A stretch of 64,000 nt of DNA from Octopus sinensis (Eukaryota): positions 30,504,001 to 30,568,000 of the forward strand of contig NC_043000.1 in the NCBI RefSeq assembly GCF_006345805.1, in the 5' to 3' direction. The position numbers were made by a program, and so were the translations under genes. Each line of letters opens with the position of its first letter. Position 1 is the stretch's first letter. A model generated the notes under the pieces. The model was not told the DNA's origin and searched no databases. It saw only the letters and a list, made by a program, of their open reading frames with translations. Positions 10,695 to 24,733 of the stretch are shown piece by piece.

Positions 10695-11257
10695 GTTTTA
10701 AGAGTAATACTAATCAATATAACATAAATGAAGTAAATATCAGATTGTTGCCCCTCTCCGAATCTAAAGGACCTAGGCACAGGTTTTGAAGCACCTTTCC
10801 CATGTCGTGTTTTCATATTTCAAGACTGAAGGCTTTCACCCCTTACCCTGTATGCTGAGCCTGGGTGAGCAGAGAGGACCGAAATAAGCTTCGTCTGCGG
10901 AAGGACCACTTACCAACCATAACAATGTTGAGCTGACCAATCGTTTTGCTAGACCATGGTTCTTCAAGGCAGATAAGGAAAAATCCAATTTTGACCAGTT
11001 ACAAGATCAAACACGACATAAACTGGTTTTGGAACACTGAAGCGTTTTCCTTCACATACATTCACTCCTACATTAGTAACATGTATGGCTGCTTGCAGGT
11101 AGACATGAGTGCGTGTGTATTTATATATGTGTGTGTGTGTATATGTTTATGCATTCTTGTGCTTGCATGTATTTCTGCTGCATTTTTTATTGTGGATGTT
11201 TGTTAGTGCATTTAGTTACGTATATAGTCGTGAATGTATGAATGTAAGTATGAATGC

Positions 11258-11289
<32 letters not shown>

Positions 11290-11327
11290 ACACATATATA
11301 CATCACCATGTATGTATATATATAAAT

Positions 11328-11442
<115 letters not shown>

Positions 11443-11499
11443 CACAGACACGCACACACAAATATATATATATTTTTCTACTGAAGGGACAGGCTCGAA

Positions 11500-11680
11500 G
11501 ATTTGGAGGAAGAGGACAGTCGATTAACTTGACCCCAGTACGCTACTGGTACTTATTTATCAATCCCAATAAGATGAAAGGCAAAGTCGACCTCGGCGGA
11601 ATTTGAACTCAGAACTTAAAGACAATCGAAATACCGCTAAGCATTTCGCCCCGTGTGTTAACTATTCTTCCAGACCGCCT
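11500..11680 (-). mobile_element. SINE family C
   Basis: GATGAAAGGCAAAGTCGACCTCGGCGGAATTTGAACTCAGAAC...GAAATACCGCTAAGCATTTCGCC, as in the 61065-61815 copies. Confidence 0.85.
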
Positions 11681-11733
11681 TATATATATATATGTGTGTG
11701 TGTGCGTGTGTGTGTGTGCGCGTGTGTGTGTGC

Positions 11734-11764
<31 letters not shown>

Positions 11765-12195
11765 TGTGTGTGTATGTGTGTGTGTGTGTATGTGTGTGTA
11801 TGTAGTATGTATATAATATATATATGTATATATATTGTGGTTATGTATGTATGTATATATTATATATATATAATATACAACAATTCTTCAATTAGCTTGG
11901 CAAGAAGACCTGTCAGTGTCGCTCATCAAAGAAATATTTTTCAAGTTTCATTTCTATCCAATTTCTCCGAGGTCAAGCTGTTAATATTGTCGCCTCCAAC
12001 CACTACAGCCTCAAAACCTTACCCCGCACAACTCCGCCCCCACTCACCCACTTTTGTAATCACGCATGAATTCATTTGAATCTTTCTAACTCACTTCATA
12101 TCGATCAGCGATAACATGTAATGCTACACATTTTCATAGTCGGTCATCACCGCCGACGTCGTTTTCGTCGACAGTGTCACCGCCGACGTCATCGT

Positions 12196-12690
12196 CTTCT
12201 TCTTCTTCTTCTTCTTCTTCTTCTTCTTCTTCTTCTTCTTCTTCTCTTCTTCTTCTTCTTTTTCTTCTTCTTCTTCTTCTTCTTCTTCCTCTCTTCCTCT
12301 TCTTCTTTTTCTTCATCTTCTTTTTTCTTCTTTCTCTTCTTCTTCTTTTTTTTTTTTTTTTTTTCTTCTTCATTTCTTCTTCTTATTCTTTTTTCCTTTT
12401 CTTCTTCTCTCTTCTCTTCCTTCTCCTTCTTCTTCACCATTCTCTTCTTCTTCTTCTTCTTCTTCACTAATTCCTCCCCTTCTTCTTCTTCTCCTTCTTT
12501 TTCCTCTTCTTCCAGTTAGTTCTTTTCTTTTCTTCTTTTCTCTTCTTCTTCTTCTTCCTCTCTTCCTCTTCTTCTTTTTCTTCATCTTTTTTCTTCTTCT
12601 TCTTCTTCTTCTTCTTCTTCTTCTTCTTCTTCCTTCTTCTTCTTCTTCTTCTTCTTCTCTTCTTCTCTTCTCCCCCCTCCCCCTTCAATT
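12196..12690 (+). repeat. ~500-bp (TTC)n-rich polypyrimidine tract
   Basis: Directly visible. Confidence 0.95.
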
Positions 12691-13090
12691 TCCCCATCCT
12701 CAAGCTTCGTTATTCTCCGTATTATAATTCCTACGGTTTACATTTGTCTTTCTTTGACATCTTTATCCTCTCCTGTTGATGTATTGCCAAGCAATCACCA
12801 CAGCTTCTCAGTCGGGTTAAATCATTAGCAAAACGAATAATCCTTTTACCAAGACAGAATCTAATGAAGAAGCGCCAGAACGAGAAAACTGTGCAACAAT
12901 TTAAATTCTTTCAATGCTAGAATTAAACTTGGAGGGCGATGTTTCTTTGTTACAGTATAACAATATAGACGGAGCTTAGCGTTAGAGAAAGAATATGTTA
13001 TGTTTTCATATCAAATATACAGTTGTCTGCCCTGTAAGGTAACATCAGTATGCCAGACTAACATACGTAGTAAATTATAGAAATTTTATC

Positions 13091-13330
13091 GGTGACAAGC
13101 TGGCAGAATTGGTAGAGCGTGGGACAAAATGATTCGCAGAGTTTCATCCAGTTTTATAAGTTCGGATTTCAAGTTCTACCGATGTCGACTTTTTTTTTTT
13201 TTTTTTTTTTTTTTCGTTATCGATAAAATGACTGCTATTTGAGCAACGGGGTTGATGTAATCGAGTTACCTCCTCCTTCGAAATTACTGGCCTTGTACTA
13301 AACGTGGAACGAAAAAGTAAATATCGAAGG
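13091..13330 (+). mobile_element. SINE family C-related, diverged
   Basis: Head GGTGACAAGCTGGCAGAA, TCGATAAAATGA core, GGGGTTGATGTAATCGA. Confidence 0.55.
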
Positions 13331-13614
13331 CAAGCTGGTATGAGAGACACGGAGCTTCCCGGGCTCATGTCTTAACTAACTTCACATTTGCTCTAAATGC
13401 CTGGGGCTTTTATATATATTAAAAACAATTATTCAAGTAACTAAGGAACACTTCATTTTCCTTCATTCAACGGCATCACCTTCAACAAAAGAATCTTTCA
13501 TTCTTTCGTAACACCTCATTTTTTCTTTATTATTTGTACTTATTTATTATAAATCATTACTTTCTAATCGTTCTTTTTATTCTTTTGTTCTTTTATTTGT
13601 TTCATTTATTTGTT

Positions 13615-14512
13615 GGATCACCGCCATTAGTCGAACAAATCGACCGCAGGACTTATTCTTTGTAAGCCTAATACTTACTCTATCGATCTCTTTAGCTGAA
13701 CAAAAATATATATATATATATATATATATACTAGCAATATCGCCCGGCGTTGCTCGGGTTTGTAAGGGAAATAACTATATAAGCATTTTTAGAGAGTTAC
13801 TTCCCTTATAGATGCCAATTCGGGCTTTCTTAGCCATTTCTGTTTTGGTGTCTTCAAGCCATGAAGTCGTTGTTCTAAAAGAACGCTGGCTCCTTGACAA
13901 CGCTTTACGACGTTGATTTCCTTACACTCCCTTCCCACAGCTTCACGAGGGAGGGAAGAAGGGGGAGAAGCAAACAGGTGCAGGTGTGACCATGGACGCC
14001 AACTCCGCCGCCATCGACACACGAAAATTATGCATTAAAATGGAATAAAAAATGTGTTAAATTATTTTTTAAATCGTAGACTCATCGTAGACGCGCGCTA
14101 ATACTCAGACGGGCTCGATATGAATCACGACTATAAGATACCCGAATTTGGTAAACTGCACCGCAAAATGTGGGGGTAGTTAGGAATCTAAATCGAAGGG
14201 ACAGACACTCACACAACTACAGTTTTATATATAATCATATATATATATATAGTATATGATTAGTATATAAGATAGAGCCTATATATATATATCATATATA
14301 CAGTATATATATATATATATATAATATATATATATAGATATATATATACGACGGGCTTGTTATAGTTTCCATCTACCAAATCCACTAATTAGGCTTTGGC
14401 CGGACTGAGGCTATAGAAGAAGGCACTTGCCCAAGGTGACACGCGGTGGGATTGAACCCGGAACTTTGTGGCTGGTAACTAAGCTACTTACCACATAACC
14501 ACTCCTGCGCCT
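13615..14512 (-). mobile_element. SINE family A interrupted by a Helitron in its internal (TA)n
   Basis: 3' part 13615-13705, head 14348-14512. Confidence 0.8.
13731..14236 (-). mobile_element. Non-autonomous Helitron (~500 bp)
   Basis: Minus 3' end CCCGAGCAACGCCGGG hairpin + CGATATTG + CTAG|T; 5' end TATATATAAAACTGTAGTTGTG (terminal TC degraded); no target-site duplication (TSD). Confidence 0.8.
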
Positions 14513-14619
14513 TTCTTTAAAATTGTCTCTTTGGCTTTTATCTGCTACATGTTTCAGTCATTAGGCGCTGGCGGTATTTTAACATGTAATATATATATAT
14601 ATATATTGTTTGTATCTAT

Positions 14620-14733
14620 ACATGGTGAAACCGAGACTACAATAGAAAACACTTAACTGCCACGCAGTGAGACTGAACCTGGAACTACGTGGTTACGAAG
14701 TATACGTCTTACCAGACAGCTGTGCTTGCGCCT
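14620..14733 (-). mobile_element. Degenerate SINE family A head
   Basis: GCCACGCAGTGAGACTGAACCTGGAAC...CTTACCAGACAGC...GCGCCT. Confidence 0.6.
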
Positions 14734-16732
14734 ATTATTACAAACATAACCGCTGTATATACGGGTTTCATGAGATGTTTATTGCGGCGAATTGGAAGAT
14801 GGACCGCGAAATATTCATAAAAAATAATCATCTGGTTGAAGTATAGGGACGTCTGACTGGACGGCTTGTGGTATTTGTTCCGGGTTCTTTTGTTATGAGT
14901 TCAAATACCGCCAGCGCCTACTTGGGGTGGTAGATTTAATTCCTTCCTCTGTTTAACCCCACAATTTTGCATCTTACATGCTTTTCACGGGCTCCATTTT
15001 GTTGCAAGTATTCAGGCCATGTCTTCTAATTGGGCTTCATTCCCCCTTTCTCATCACTAGTTTTGGAGGACTTGTAAAATGCCGGGGCCCCCTATTTCTT
15101 CTTTACTATAACATAAACAAAAATTACAATCTGTTCAAAGACTTTCTGGATGTGACCATCGCTGCTTTTTGTATATTCATAGCCACATTATTTAACATGT
15201 CTTCCACTCAATTCCTCCAGATGGAAGTATATGATTTTGGTACAGTCGGCTACTATTTGTAAAAGCTCAAGTTTACGTCGTCACCATAATACAAAGAAAT
15301 ATTTGTCTTCTCTCTTATATCCTCCTCATTAAAGCTGAATCAGCAATTATAGATAAGTATGACATGATTATTTTACTGTTGGTCTATACGTAATAAACTT
15401 ATGATCCGTTAACTATGGAATATAGAACACTTAACTCTGAATAAACGTTAATAGTTTATGTAACTAGATTTCAAATGACCAGTGTAGTGTTAATGTCTAC
15501 AAAATCTGCATAGTTTAGTACGACTCATCTTCGTATATACTTTCATATAAATTTAACATCAACTCAAGTAGACATTGATAAACATTAAAACAGAAATAGA
15601 TAATGTTTTCTTACTTCTTAATTGGTTGCTATAATAAATAAACAAACCATCAATTAAACCCAATTTTTATGCAGATTCTATTAGTTTCTAAAACTTTTGT
15701 TGATCAGAATTCTTAATTTTTCTAAACTTGTTTTTATTCTTTGCGTTTTTTGTTTTGTTTAATTTCATCCAAATGGTTATTGATCAAAGAAACTGTTAAT
15801 TCTTGCTAAAATGTTTCAACACGCCAAAAAGATTTCGCTTTGCATTTTAGGCCTCTTTAGAAAGCTAATTACATTTGCATAAATATTTGAGGTTATTTCA
15901 CTGTTACTATGGTAATTTCTGCTAGTCTTATCAACATAATGAGGACTATTTCTACTGAATAGGCAATTTTCATCAGCAAAATGAGCAACGATTCACGCTC
16001 GAGCAGTCTAATGCAGAAGAATATGACAAGGGTTTTAACAGTCTCGAGAAAAAATACAAAAAAAAACAAAGAAAAATCATAAATGAAATTCAAAAGACTG
16101 CAAAACAACTGAATCCTTTTGATAAATGAAGCGAGTAAATACTGTTTAATTTTTTGAAAAGATTATTTCCAAAGTTAACTGCATATTGGAATATGTCTAA
16201 TCAAGTTATAACTTATCTTAACATTGAGATATCGAATGCAATGAGAGCGTATGATGTAATATCAATATCGCCATCAATTATACAACATTATAATAGTTTT
16301 GCCAATGGCGGTTTTCCATAACATTTCAAGGCAGATGTAAAGAAGCCAACAAAAGAATCTGCCTTTTTTTTTCCTCATCAATCCAAATGACAACACATTT
16401 GATCATGGTTACACTGACTGGCGGCGTTTGTTTATGTGTGAATAAATTAAAACAATATTTTCTATTCTTTCTTGGAATTTTAAATGCTTTCTCAGCATTT
16501 GTGAACTGCGCAATACATCCACATATACATACACACACATACATACATACATACATACATACATACATACATACATACATACAGACACACATAGATACAT
16601 AGATACATACAAACATACATACATACATACATACATACATACATACATACATGCCTGCATCTATCCATCTGTCCAGCCATCCATACACACACACATATAC
16701 ACGCGTGTATGAGTGTGTTTGAAAATTCTTAG

Positions 16733-17000
16733 CCTAGTGCTTAGAGGGCTAAACTCAAGATTACTAGAACGTTAACTCGATTCCCTGACCAGGCGCTGTG
16801 TTTCTTTTCTTTAATAAAACAGTGCATTTGACGTTACTCCACTCATCTGAAACTGGGTAACCCTGTAACGGCCTGGGTTACCCGATCGCAGGAATGTTAG
16901 CTTGCTCGTGAAACCAACAGGGTGGCATTATTCTATGGTTAAACCAATTCGCAGAGAATTGTCACCAGCGGTGCATAACAGTATCCTATATTCTGGTCAA
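16733..17000 (+). mobile_element. Old tRNA-derived SINE with V-domain-like segment
   Basis: GCCTAGTGCTTAGAG / CTCGATTCCC box-like motifs; AACCCTGTAACGGCCTGG resembles the CCCTGCGATGGACTGG motif seen at 51040-51060. Confidence 0.35.
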
Positions 17001-17797
17001 CAACTTAGTACCGTGATATATATATATAATTGAAGTTGTAAGTTACCGCACGAGTGGAAATTTTTATGAAAGAAAGTTTTGAAAATGCAATTTTAAAGAT
17101 GTTTAGTCACTTGACCGGTTTCACTCTTTTTAGAAAAATATTGTCAAAAGTAAAATGTAAAGCTTTGTATAAGCTTTGTTGTGTTAAGTACTGGTTGTCA
17201 CAGAAGTATTGAAATACGGTTATACAGTGTTTAATAATAAGAAGAAAATGTTAAAAACAGTTTACAAGAAAATATTTAAGAAAATATACACCAAAAAGTA
17301 TTAGGAGTTCAATAAAAATCATGTTTGTTGGGTAGTATATATATATACACACAGAAGGATATATATTTAAGAGTTTACAAAGAATTTGAGAGGAACCAAC
17401 CTGTTTTCTTGGCATTTTTTCTTTTGTGTGTAGCTAAGGATTGTTTGCTATTTTAAGGGACAGTGTGGGAGGTTGGTTGGGGTGGGAGAAAAGAAGAGCA
17501 ATGTGGAATGACAATGATTTTTTTGTTTCTGGCCTAGTCTGTAATGGTTCAGTGGTTTTAGGGACTGGCTTAAGAGGCCAGAATGGTGTGAGTGTGTGTG
17601 TGTCTCTCTGATCGGTTTTATTACCAAATATGATAAATATTTTTAGCATATCAGTGGCAATACCATACAACATTGGAAGCAGAAACAGCTGTTAGATGGG
17701 ATGCAGTCTATTTGTATATATATATATATATATTATATATGTATCTCTCCCTCTCTTCCCCACTCTCTCTCTCTACATACAGACACACACAGACACT

Positions 17798-17858
<61 letters not shown>

Positions 17859-17946
17859 TGTGTGTGTGTGTGTGTTAAATAAAATGAGACAAACAAAAAA
17901 TCCAAGGCTGTGTGAATTTCTCATGACCTTTATAAAGAGAAAGTTA

Positions 17947-17994
17947 GTCTTACAGCCGTTTCTGGAAAAGTAGGGATATCCCTTCATCAGAGAC
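17947..17994 (-). ncRNA. Type I hammerhead ribozyme (decayed relative at 59885-59931)
   Basis: GTCT-CTGATGA-A-GGGA...TTCC-A-GAAA-CGGCTG-TA-AGAC. Confidence 0.65.
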
Positions 17995-18131
17995 AATATG
18001 AAAGAGTTAAATAGAAGGAAATAGTAGAGTTCAATACAAGGAGTTATGTTGGAAAAAGACGTAAATAAGAAGTACAAGGGAAATAATAATTAAAAATTTA
18101 AAAAAGTTATGTAGGATGCATATGTATACGT

Positions 18132-18168
<37 letters not shown>

Positions 18169-18616
18169 ATATATGTGTGCATGTATATTTCGTGAAGCAT
18201 AAGATAAGGGTTAAATAGTTCCAATCTGTTGAGTAAGGAAGTCTGGAATAAGCATATACATAGTACACGCTCTGTGGCATATATGTTATGTTGTAGAGAC
18301 TATGTATGCAATGTTTACAGAAAAAGCACTTTCTCTTTATCATGCACTAAATATATGTTTATCATTTATAAACATGTTTAATATGAACAACTTTCGATTT
18401 AATCCATGCATTAGCTAAAGCTTAATCTACTACCAATTCCGTTGTTCGTATCTCTTGAATAAGCAAGAGAAAATTATCGCTGGAATGAACAAAACTGCTG
18501 AAATGGATAGAATTAAATGTCAGCGTTTACATTTATACTATTATAGGTTATAAGTAATGTTCACTGAAGATTCAGGTTTGCATCCTACGGGCAGCATTTG
18601 GATCTTTTTTTTTCAT

Positions 18617-18788
18617 AGGCGCAGGCGTGGCGGTGTGGTATGTAGCTTGCTTACCAACCACATGGTTCCGGGTTCGGTCCCACTGCGTGGCATTTTGGGC
18701 AAGTGTCTACTACTATAGCCTCTGGCCGACCAAAGCCTTGTGAGTGGATTTGGTAGACGGAAACTGAAAAAAGCCCGTCGTATCTATA

Positions 18789-18844
<56 letters not shown>

Positions 18845-19095
18845 CATATATATGTGTATGTACGTGTGTGTGTGTGTGTGTGTATGTATATGTTTGTGTG
18901 TCTGTGTTTGTCCCCCGCCAACATCGCTTGACAAGTGATGCTGGTGTGTTTACGTCCCCGTAACTTAGCGGTTCGGCAAAAGGACCCGATAAAATAAGTA
19001 CTAGGCTTACAACGAATATGTCATGGGGTCCATTTGCTCGACTATAGGCGGTGCTCCAACATGGCCGCAGTCAAATGACTGAAACAAATAAAAGG
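18617..19095 (+). mobile_element. SINE family A, full length
   Basis: Head AGGCGCAGG..., GGTTCGGTCCC box B, TTGGGCAAGTGTC, internal (TA)n(TG)n, tail GCAGTCAAATGACTGAAAC. Confidence 0.92.
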
Positions 19096-19599
19096 ATATA
19101 TGGATGCTCTTAAAACACTATTCAATATGCTTCTTGTTCATAGATTTATTTGCATCAATTTCCAGCGTAAGAAACGATTTACTTCATGCCTCTTGATATG
19201 TTTGAACCCTTCTAAGGTATGCAATATATTTGGTTTCTAATTTTGACACAAAGCCAATTTTGGACGAGGGTATAAGTCGATGGCATCGACACCAGTGATC
19301 AAAATGTACATACATATACACATATATAAGTATATATATATTTCCAGATACACTCACGCATACATGTTTATATAAATACGCATATATACACATTTTAAAT
19401 ATGTGTGTGCATGCGTGTGTGTGTGTGTGTATGTGTGTGTGCGTATGTGTGTGTGTGTACATATGAACTCATGTTAGTCGTTTTGCAAAAGCAATATTTA
19501 AAACTTTATTGATAAAATCTGGTTATTTTAATTTTTGTGTATTATATTATGTCCATTTGTCTCTGTTTAAGAAGTATATATATATATGTGTGTGTGTGT

Positions 19600-19649
<50 letters not shown>

Positions 19650-20905
19650 TGTGATAATATATATATACATATATGATAATATGAAAGTATATTTATATAC
19701 ACTGGGTTGAGTGGATATACCCACTAACTTATTACTCTAATTCTTTTTTTTTTTTAGAAACGATTATAAAAGATATACGGTAATAAATTAAATTTGAATA
19801 AAAGTTGATTCGAGAATGGATCCAGTTGTTTTGTCGCGAAAAACAGAACATAACTTAGATCCGTCAAAAAACAGCAAAAAAACACAACGAAATAAAACAA
19901 AGGAATAAGTGATAAGTGCAGAAATGGTCAGTCTTCATCGCTTTATCACTTTATTATTGTTAAACTCTTAATTTAGTTTGTCCTTCCTTTTTATCTTTTT
20001 TCTTTGTCTATTTCTTTCCTTATTTCTGTATTGTGATTATAATTATGCATAATTAAATCTCAGAATGAGATTGAAACAGTAATCGCTCGATAATGTAAAG
20101 TATAGAAGCCATCTTATCATGGCTAACCACATTGGGGAGAGGGTGTTACTGTAGCTTTATAGCCCCAAGAGATCTTCGTCTCTAGCTGGCTTTAGACACA
20201 ATATCTGTGTCCTTGGAGTTATAATTATATTCTATATGTCATTATATCTACGCGCTTAATGTTGTCTGTAAACTACTGTAAATAACACTCTGTGTTTTAG
20301 TGTGGAAGGTTTTTTCACCATTTTCTATTTCGTGACGCGGGTAGTGCGGAAAAGTTGTGAATAGATATCAAAAAAACTGGTGGAAATCTTAGAACTGTGT
20401 GACAATATCTTCTATTTCCACAAATGCATCGAAAAGTGGAAGAGTGGAAGAAAATACCTCTACTTATTTATTAGCGATAAGATACAGTTTTTATTGCATC
20501 TTCTTCGAGTGGCTTTTAAAAGATTACAACTGAAATTACTCTGAAATATGACTTAAACATGTTTTTATTGTGTGTGACTTCATCTCCGGCCTCCACACGG
20601 AGGGACGGATGTGTACTGTAATTTAACTCTACATGAAATATGTTCTGAATTCGATAAATTACAATATTTACGATGCTTTTGGCATATTTTGAGATGCTTT
20701 TGGAGGCAGAAAATGAAGTCACAGAAAGAAATATGTCGTATTTTAGAATAATTTCACCACTACCACATATATGTTTCTCTCCTTGTTATTTTGTGTGTCC
20801 CTTTCTGTAGAAGAGCGTAGGCTCGAAACGTATTGCTGAGCGTTATACTAATACATCTGTTTGTTTTGTACACCACCTGTCTTCGTCTTTTGTTTTTTCG
20901 TAAAG

Positions 20906-21010
<105 letters not shown>

Positions 21011-21316
21011 ATATATATATATATGTATATATATACTCCTGATGCACATCACTCCCACCGTGTAGCCACTTCCAACCTACCGTATTAGCAACACGCCGAG
21101 GCTCATATATCATGGACGCTTAATTATATGATAAACTGTTCAGACTCCAAGGGAGAGGCTAGCGTATGTTTGTGAGAAGAGTTACCTGGGAGTTATTGTC
21201 TATTGTTTTTCTTTGCCAAGTTTTGATTGCAAATTTCATAAAGTACTAAGCTTAGATACGAGACATAAGCTTGTATGGTGATATATGTGTTCGTAAGGAT
21301 AATACTGATAGCTGAT

Positions 21317-21612
21317 AGCGTATCAATTGGCTGTTGAAAAGCTACGACGGTGTATGTACATATGTATACATGTATATGTTTATGCGTGTGTGTGTATGTA
21401 TGTATATGTATATATATTTATATATACATATATATACATCCATCCATATATATATATATATATATATACAGCGTGTCAATTGGCTGTTGAAAAGCTATGA
21501 CGGTGTATGTACATATGTATATATGTATATGTGTGTGCGTGTGTCTATGTATGTATATATATATATATATATTTATATATGCATATATATACATCCATCC
21601 ATATATATATAT
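21317..21612. repeat. ~150-bp local tandem duplication
   Basis: AGCGT(A/G)TCAATTGGCTGTTGAAAAGCTA(C/T)GACGGTG at 21317 and 21470; AGCG at all three junctions. Confidence 0.85.
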
Positions 21613-22519
21613 AGCGAGAGAGAGAAAGATAGAGAGGAGAGAGAGATACATATATATATATACACATAAGTATATATGTATATGTGTGTCTGTGTGTATA
21701 CACCATGCAATGACTTGTAATAAAGCGAACGTCTAACCAATAGCTTGGATGGCTAACTCGATCCATCTAATATTTATTACTCAGATAGTTTTCCATTGAT
21801 AAAGGTTAATTGTTTCGATTTATTTCTCCATTCATTTTTATGCCAACAATGGAAACTGCACTATCACCTCTTGCTGTTTTATTATTCCTTCTAATTTAAT
21901 AATTTGCCGCTTGCTAGCAAAACCGAGTGAAATAGAGAAAAAAAAAAGACACTGAAAAGAGAAAATTAATAATGTTTTGAAAGCAAGAAAAGTAAAATGT
22001 CTGTAAAGTCACGCAAGCACTAAAATATTTAAGTTAGGGTCTGCCTTATCATTTATCTGAATCTAGCAGCTCTGAAGGAAAAATAATGCTTGCTGCAGAT
22101 TAGCAAAATCCCATGCTAAGTGAGATGGATTTTAAACGGCCTGAAAGCTGATGTAATTATATCTATGCTCCTGTTGCTTGGTTTATGCTTCGACAAAACA
22201 TGTTGATTTTATTATTTGATTCTGTTTTATTTCTTCTCTATTTCCGGTAAACCGACATTATTCAATAGAGAGAAAGCTGAAAATTACTGCGGACAGTTTG
22301 GATGTTGGTACATCTCTTTATGTTGGAATGGTATTCGTAAATGTTCGAACGCTTGTGTTTAAATATCAATGTTCTACGTTTGTACGTAAATGTAAATCGG
22401 TTGCATTATACTCGGTAAGAATACTTAGATTTTTACGCAGAACCTATTTGTGTATGCTATACAGTAACCCCATCATTTTGGGGTTAGACAATGTTTAAAG
22501 GTACTTGTAGAGGAGACTG

Positions 22520-22905
22520 GAGATTATCATCTTCATCATTATCATTTACATAAACTACTCGATGCGTGTATGTGTCCTGCGGCATTTGTCGATGTGTGTC
22601 TTCTACGGCGGCTGAATGTCGATACTGTCGCCTACACTCACCTTTTTCCAGGCAAGGTAGTATTTCTCCATGGCCAGGAAATGTTTCCGACTGAAGACAG
22701 GAAACGTTCCACTTCACTTGTATGATATGTATTATAGTGTACAACCATCAGGTGATGTCAAAACATGGATACAAACAAACTAACCCCGTATATACATATA
22801 TATATACAAAGGGCCTCTTCACGTTTCCATTTACCAAATCCACTCAGAATGCTTTGGTGATCCTTGGTTATAGTTTTCCAAGTTGCCACACATTATGTTT
22901 GGACC
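22520..22905 (-). mobile_element. SINE family A with alternative 3' tail (also ~40925-41300, +)
   Basis: Family A head/CORE, then TGGCCATGGAGAAATACTACCTTGC... and an (ATG)n-like tail. Confidence 0.55.
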
Positions 22906-23029
22906 CGAAGTCATATGATTAAATAGAAAGCTTCTTAATCAAATAGCCAAGCCTATTAAAAATATATGGCTGGCATTCATTGAATATAGGTCACTATGTT
23001 TCAACGTATGACTCCATAAGCAAAACAAA

Positions 23030-23215
23030 ACAGCCGATGCTGGTTTCTTTATATCCCAGGGCGGTTCAGCAAAAGAGGCCGATAGAATAAGCAACTGACT
23101 ATAGGAACATAAATACTGGAGAAAATTTGTTCGAGTAAAAATCTTCTAGGCTATGCCCCAGCATATGGCTGCAGTCCGATCAGTAAAATAAGTGAAAGAT
23201 AAAATAAAAGATAAA
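23030..23215 (+). mobile_element. SINE family A 3' fragment
   Basis: CCGATGCTGGT...GCGGTTCAGCAAAAGAGGCCGATAGAATAAG...CCCAGCAT. Confidence 0.65.
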
Positions 23216-24733
23216 CGACAGCTGTCTGGACCCGTCTGTTTCAGTTATTTGAGACATATCGTCGGCTTCCGGATAACGTCATCACTTTCGTCTGCCTGAC
23301 TCATGGACCCTGAAAACGTATTAGGGTACACATTACTTTTACCGCCGATTTAGCCAGAAGGCAAATGTATATAGCCATATAACCAAACCAATCGGTATGT
23401 TTTACCAGCTATACGAGAATTAAATTATGAATAATTTCACGCGAAATTTAAATATATGGTAAAAATATGTATCCATCCATTTCCTCTGTCGACAATTCTT
23501 GGGAGAGTCGCGGGGTGACAGAGCTATCAGATACTGCCGCCGTAGGGTCCTATCAGAAGCAACATTACACTTTCCAATTATTAACTATTGTTCTCTCCTG
23601 GACACGCTTCAGATTCCTTGGAGACTCTTCGTTTGTATTTCCACTCCACTCCTCCCAGAATAAGTTGCAGCATTATTGTTCGTTGTACCAGCATTTTTCG
23701 AACGAGCTCCTTCGCCTCAAAGCTAAACGCATCCCTTGTTAATCCGCGTGATTGACGATGCGGTGTGGTTTGTTTTTCGTACTCTTTTCAAATTTCAGCT
23801 CTCGGGGGTGTCATTTGCGCCATAGACCAAGCTGGTATTTGCATTGGACCCACAAAAATGTGATAAATATAAGTTTTCATTCACATAATATCTCCCAAGA
23901 AGTCAAATCTGTAATTCTTCAAAACCTATTTCGTTTGAACCGTTCTTATGTGTGTTGATTACTTTACGCCATTCGTGTTTAATACTTATAACGGATAGGA
24001 CGCTTGACATATATTAACAATAAATTTGGTTCTTGATTTTGCCTTTTCATATATTTACTGTGGACTTTATCGAACAAAAGCTTAAAGCCATCAAAGAATA
24101 TCATCGTTATATCATTCTATATACTTTCATACGATATATGCGATCGAACTGATACGTAGTCAATCTAATTAAAACATGCAATAACAGAAGCCATGATTTG
24201 ATCAATGTCAAATGGTATAGCATGTATATAACTGCCAGCTCAAAGCAAAGAACATCATCATTAGCTGCGTTTCTGTGTCTTATTGACAGATCAGTAAAAA
24301 TTAATTAGCAATGTTCAAAATATACTTTGATATGTCACATTCAATTATCGCGAAAATCAGATTTCTCCTTTATGTAATAAGATTTATTCTCCTTGTTATA
24401 TGTTGTAGCGAAACTCAAACATTAACCATTAATCTACTCCGACAATGCTCTTCTGAAATTGTAACCACTTGCTTTCAATGTTCGTTTGTGCATGTTTGCT
24501 AAAGAAATTTTAATGAAAAGCAGAGAAAACCAACCTAGCATCTTTTGCGATCAAATGGAAACAATTCGCGAGGAAAACTAAGCTGCAATCAGGAAAGAAA
24601 TCTGTGTATTTTTCGATTAATTTTAGCATTCTTAAACAAGAATACTGATGACAGTGACTTCGAAGTTTCGGTCGGTTAAAAGGTCGTCGGACAGTCAGAC
24701 GATGGGTTAGCGGAGTCGCTGTCAATAATATTC

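Noticed and set aside
15010-15260. Possible ancient R4-like RT relic (HPES...KEEIGGPG, minus strand)
   Set aside because: Similarity too weak and stop-ridden to call without a search.
15940-15980. Minus-strand CTGATGA...GAAA-TAG-TC
   Set aside because: No helix I or helix II pairing.
22688-22712. CTGAAGA-CAG-GAAA-CGTT
   Set aside because: No helix II; lies inside a SINE tail on the antisense strand.
23530-23790. Kinase-like phrase FSFEAKELVRKMLVQ (minus strand)
   Set aside because: Isolated; no other kinase motifs or clear splice sites.
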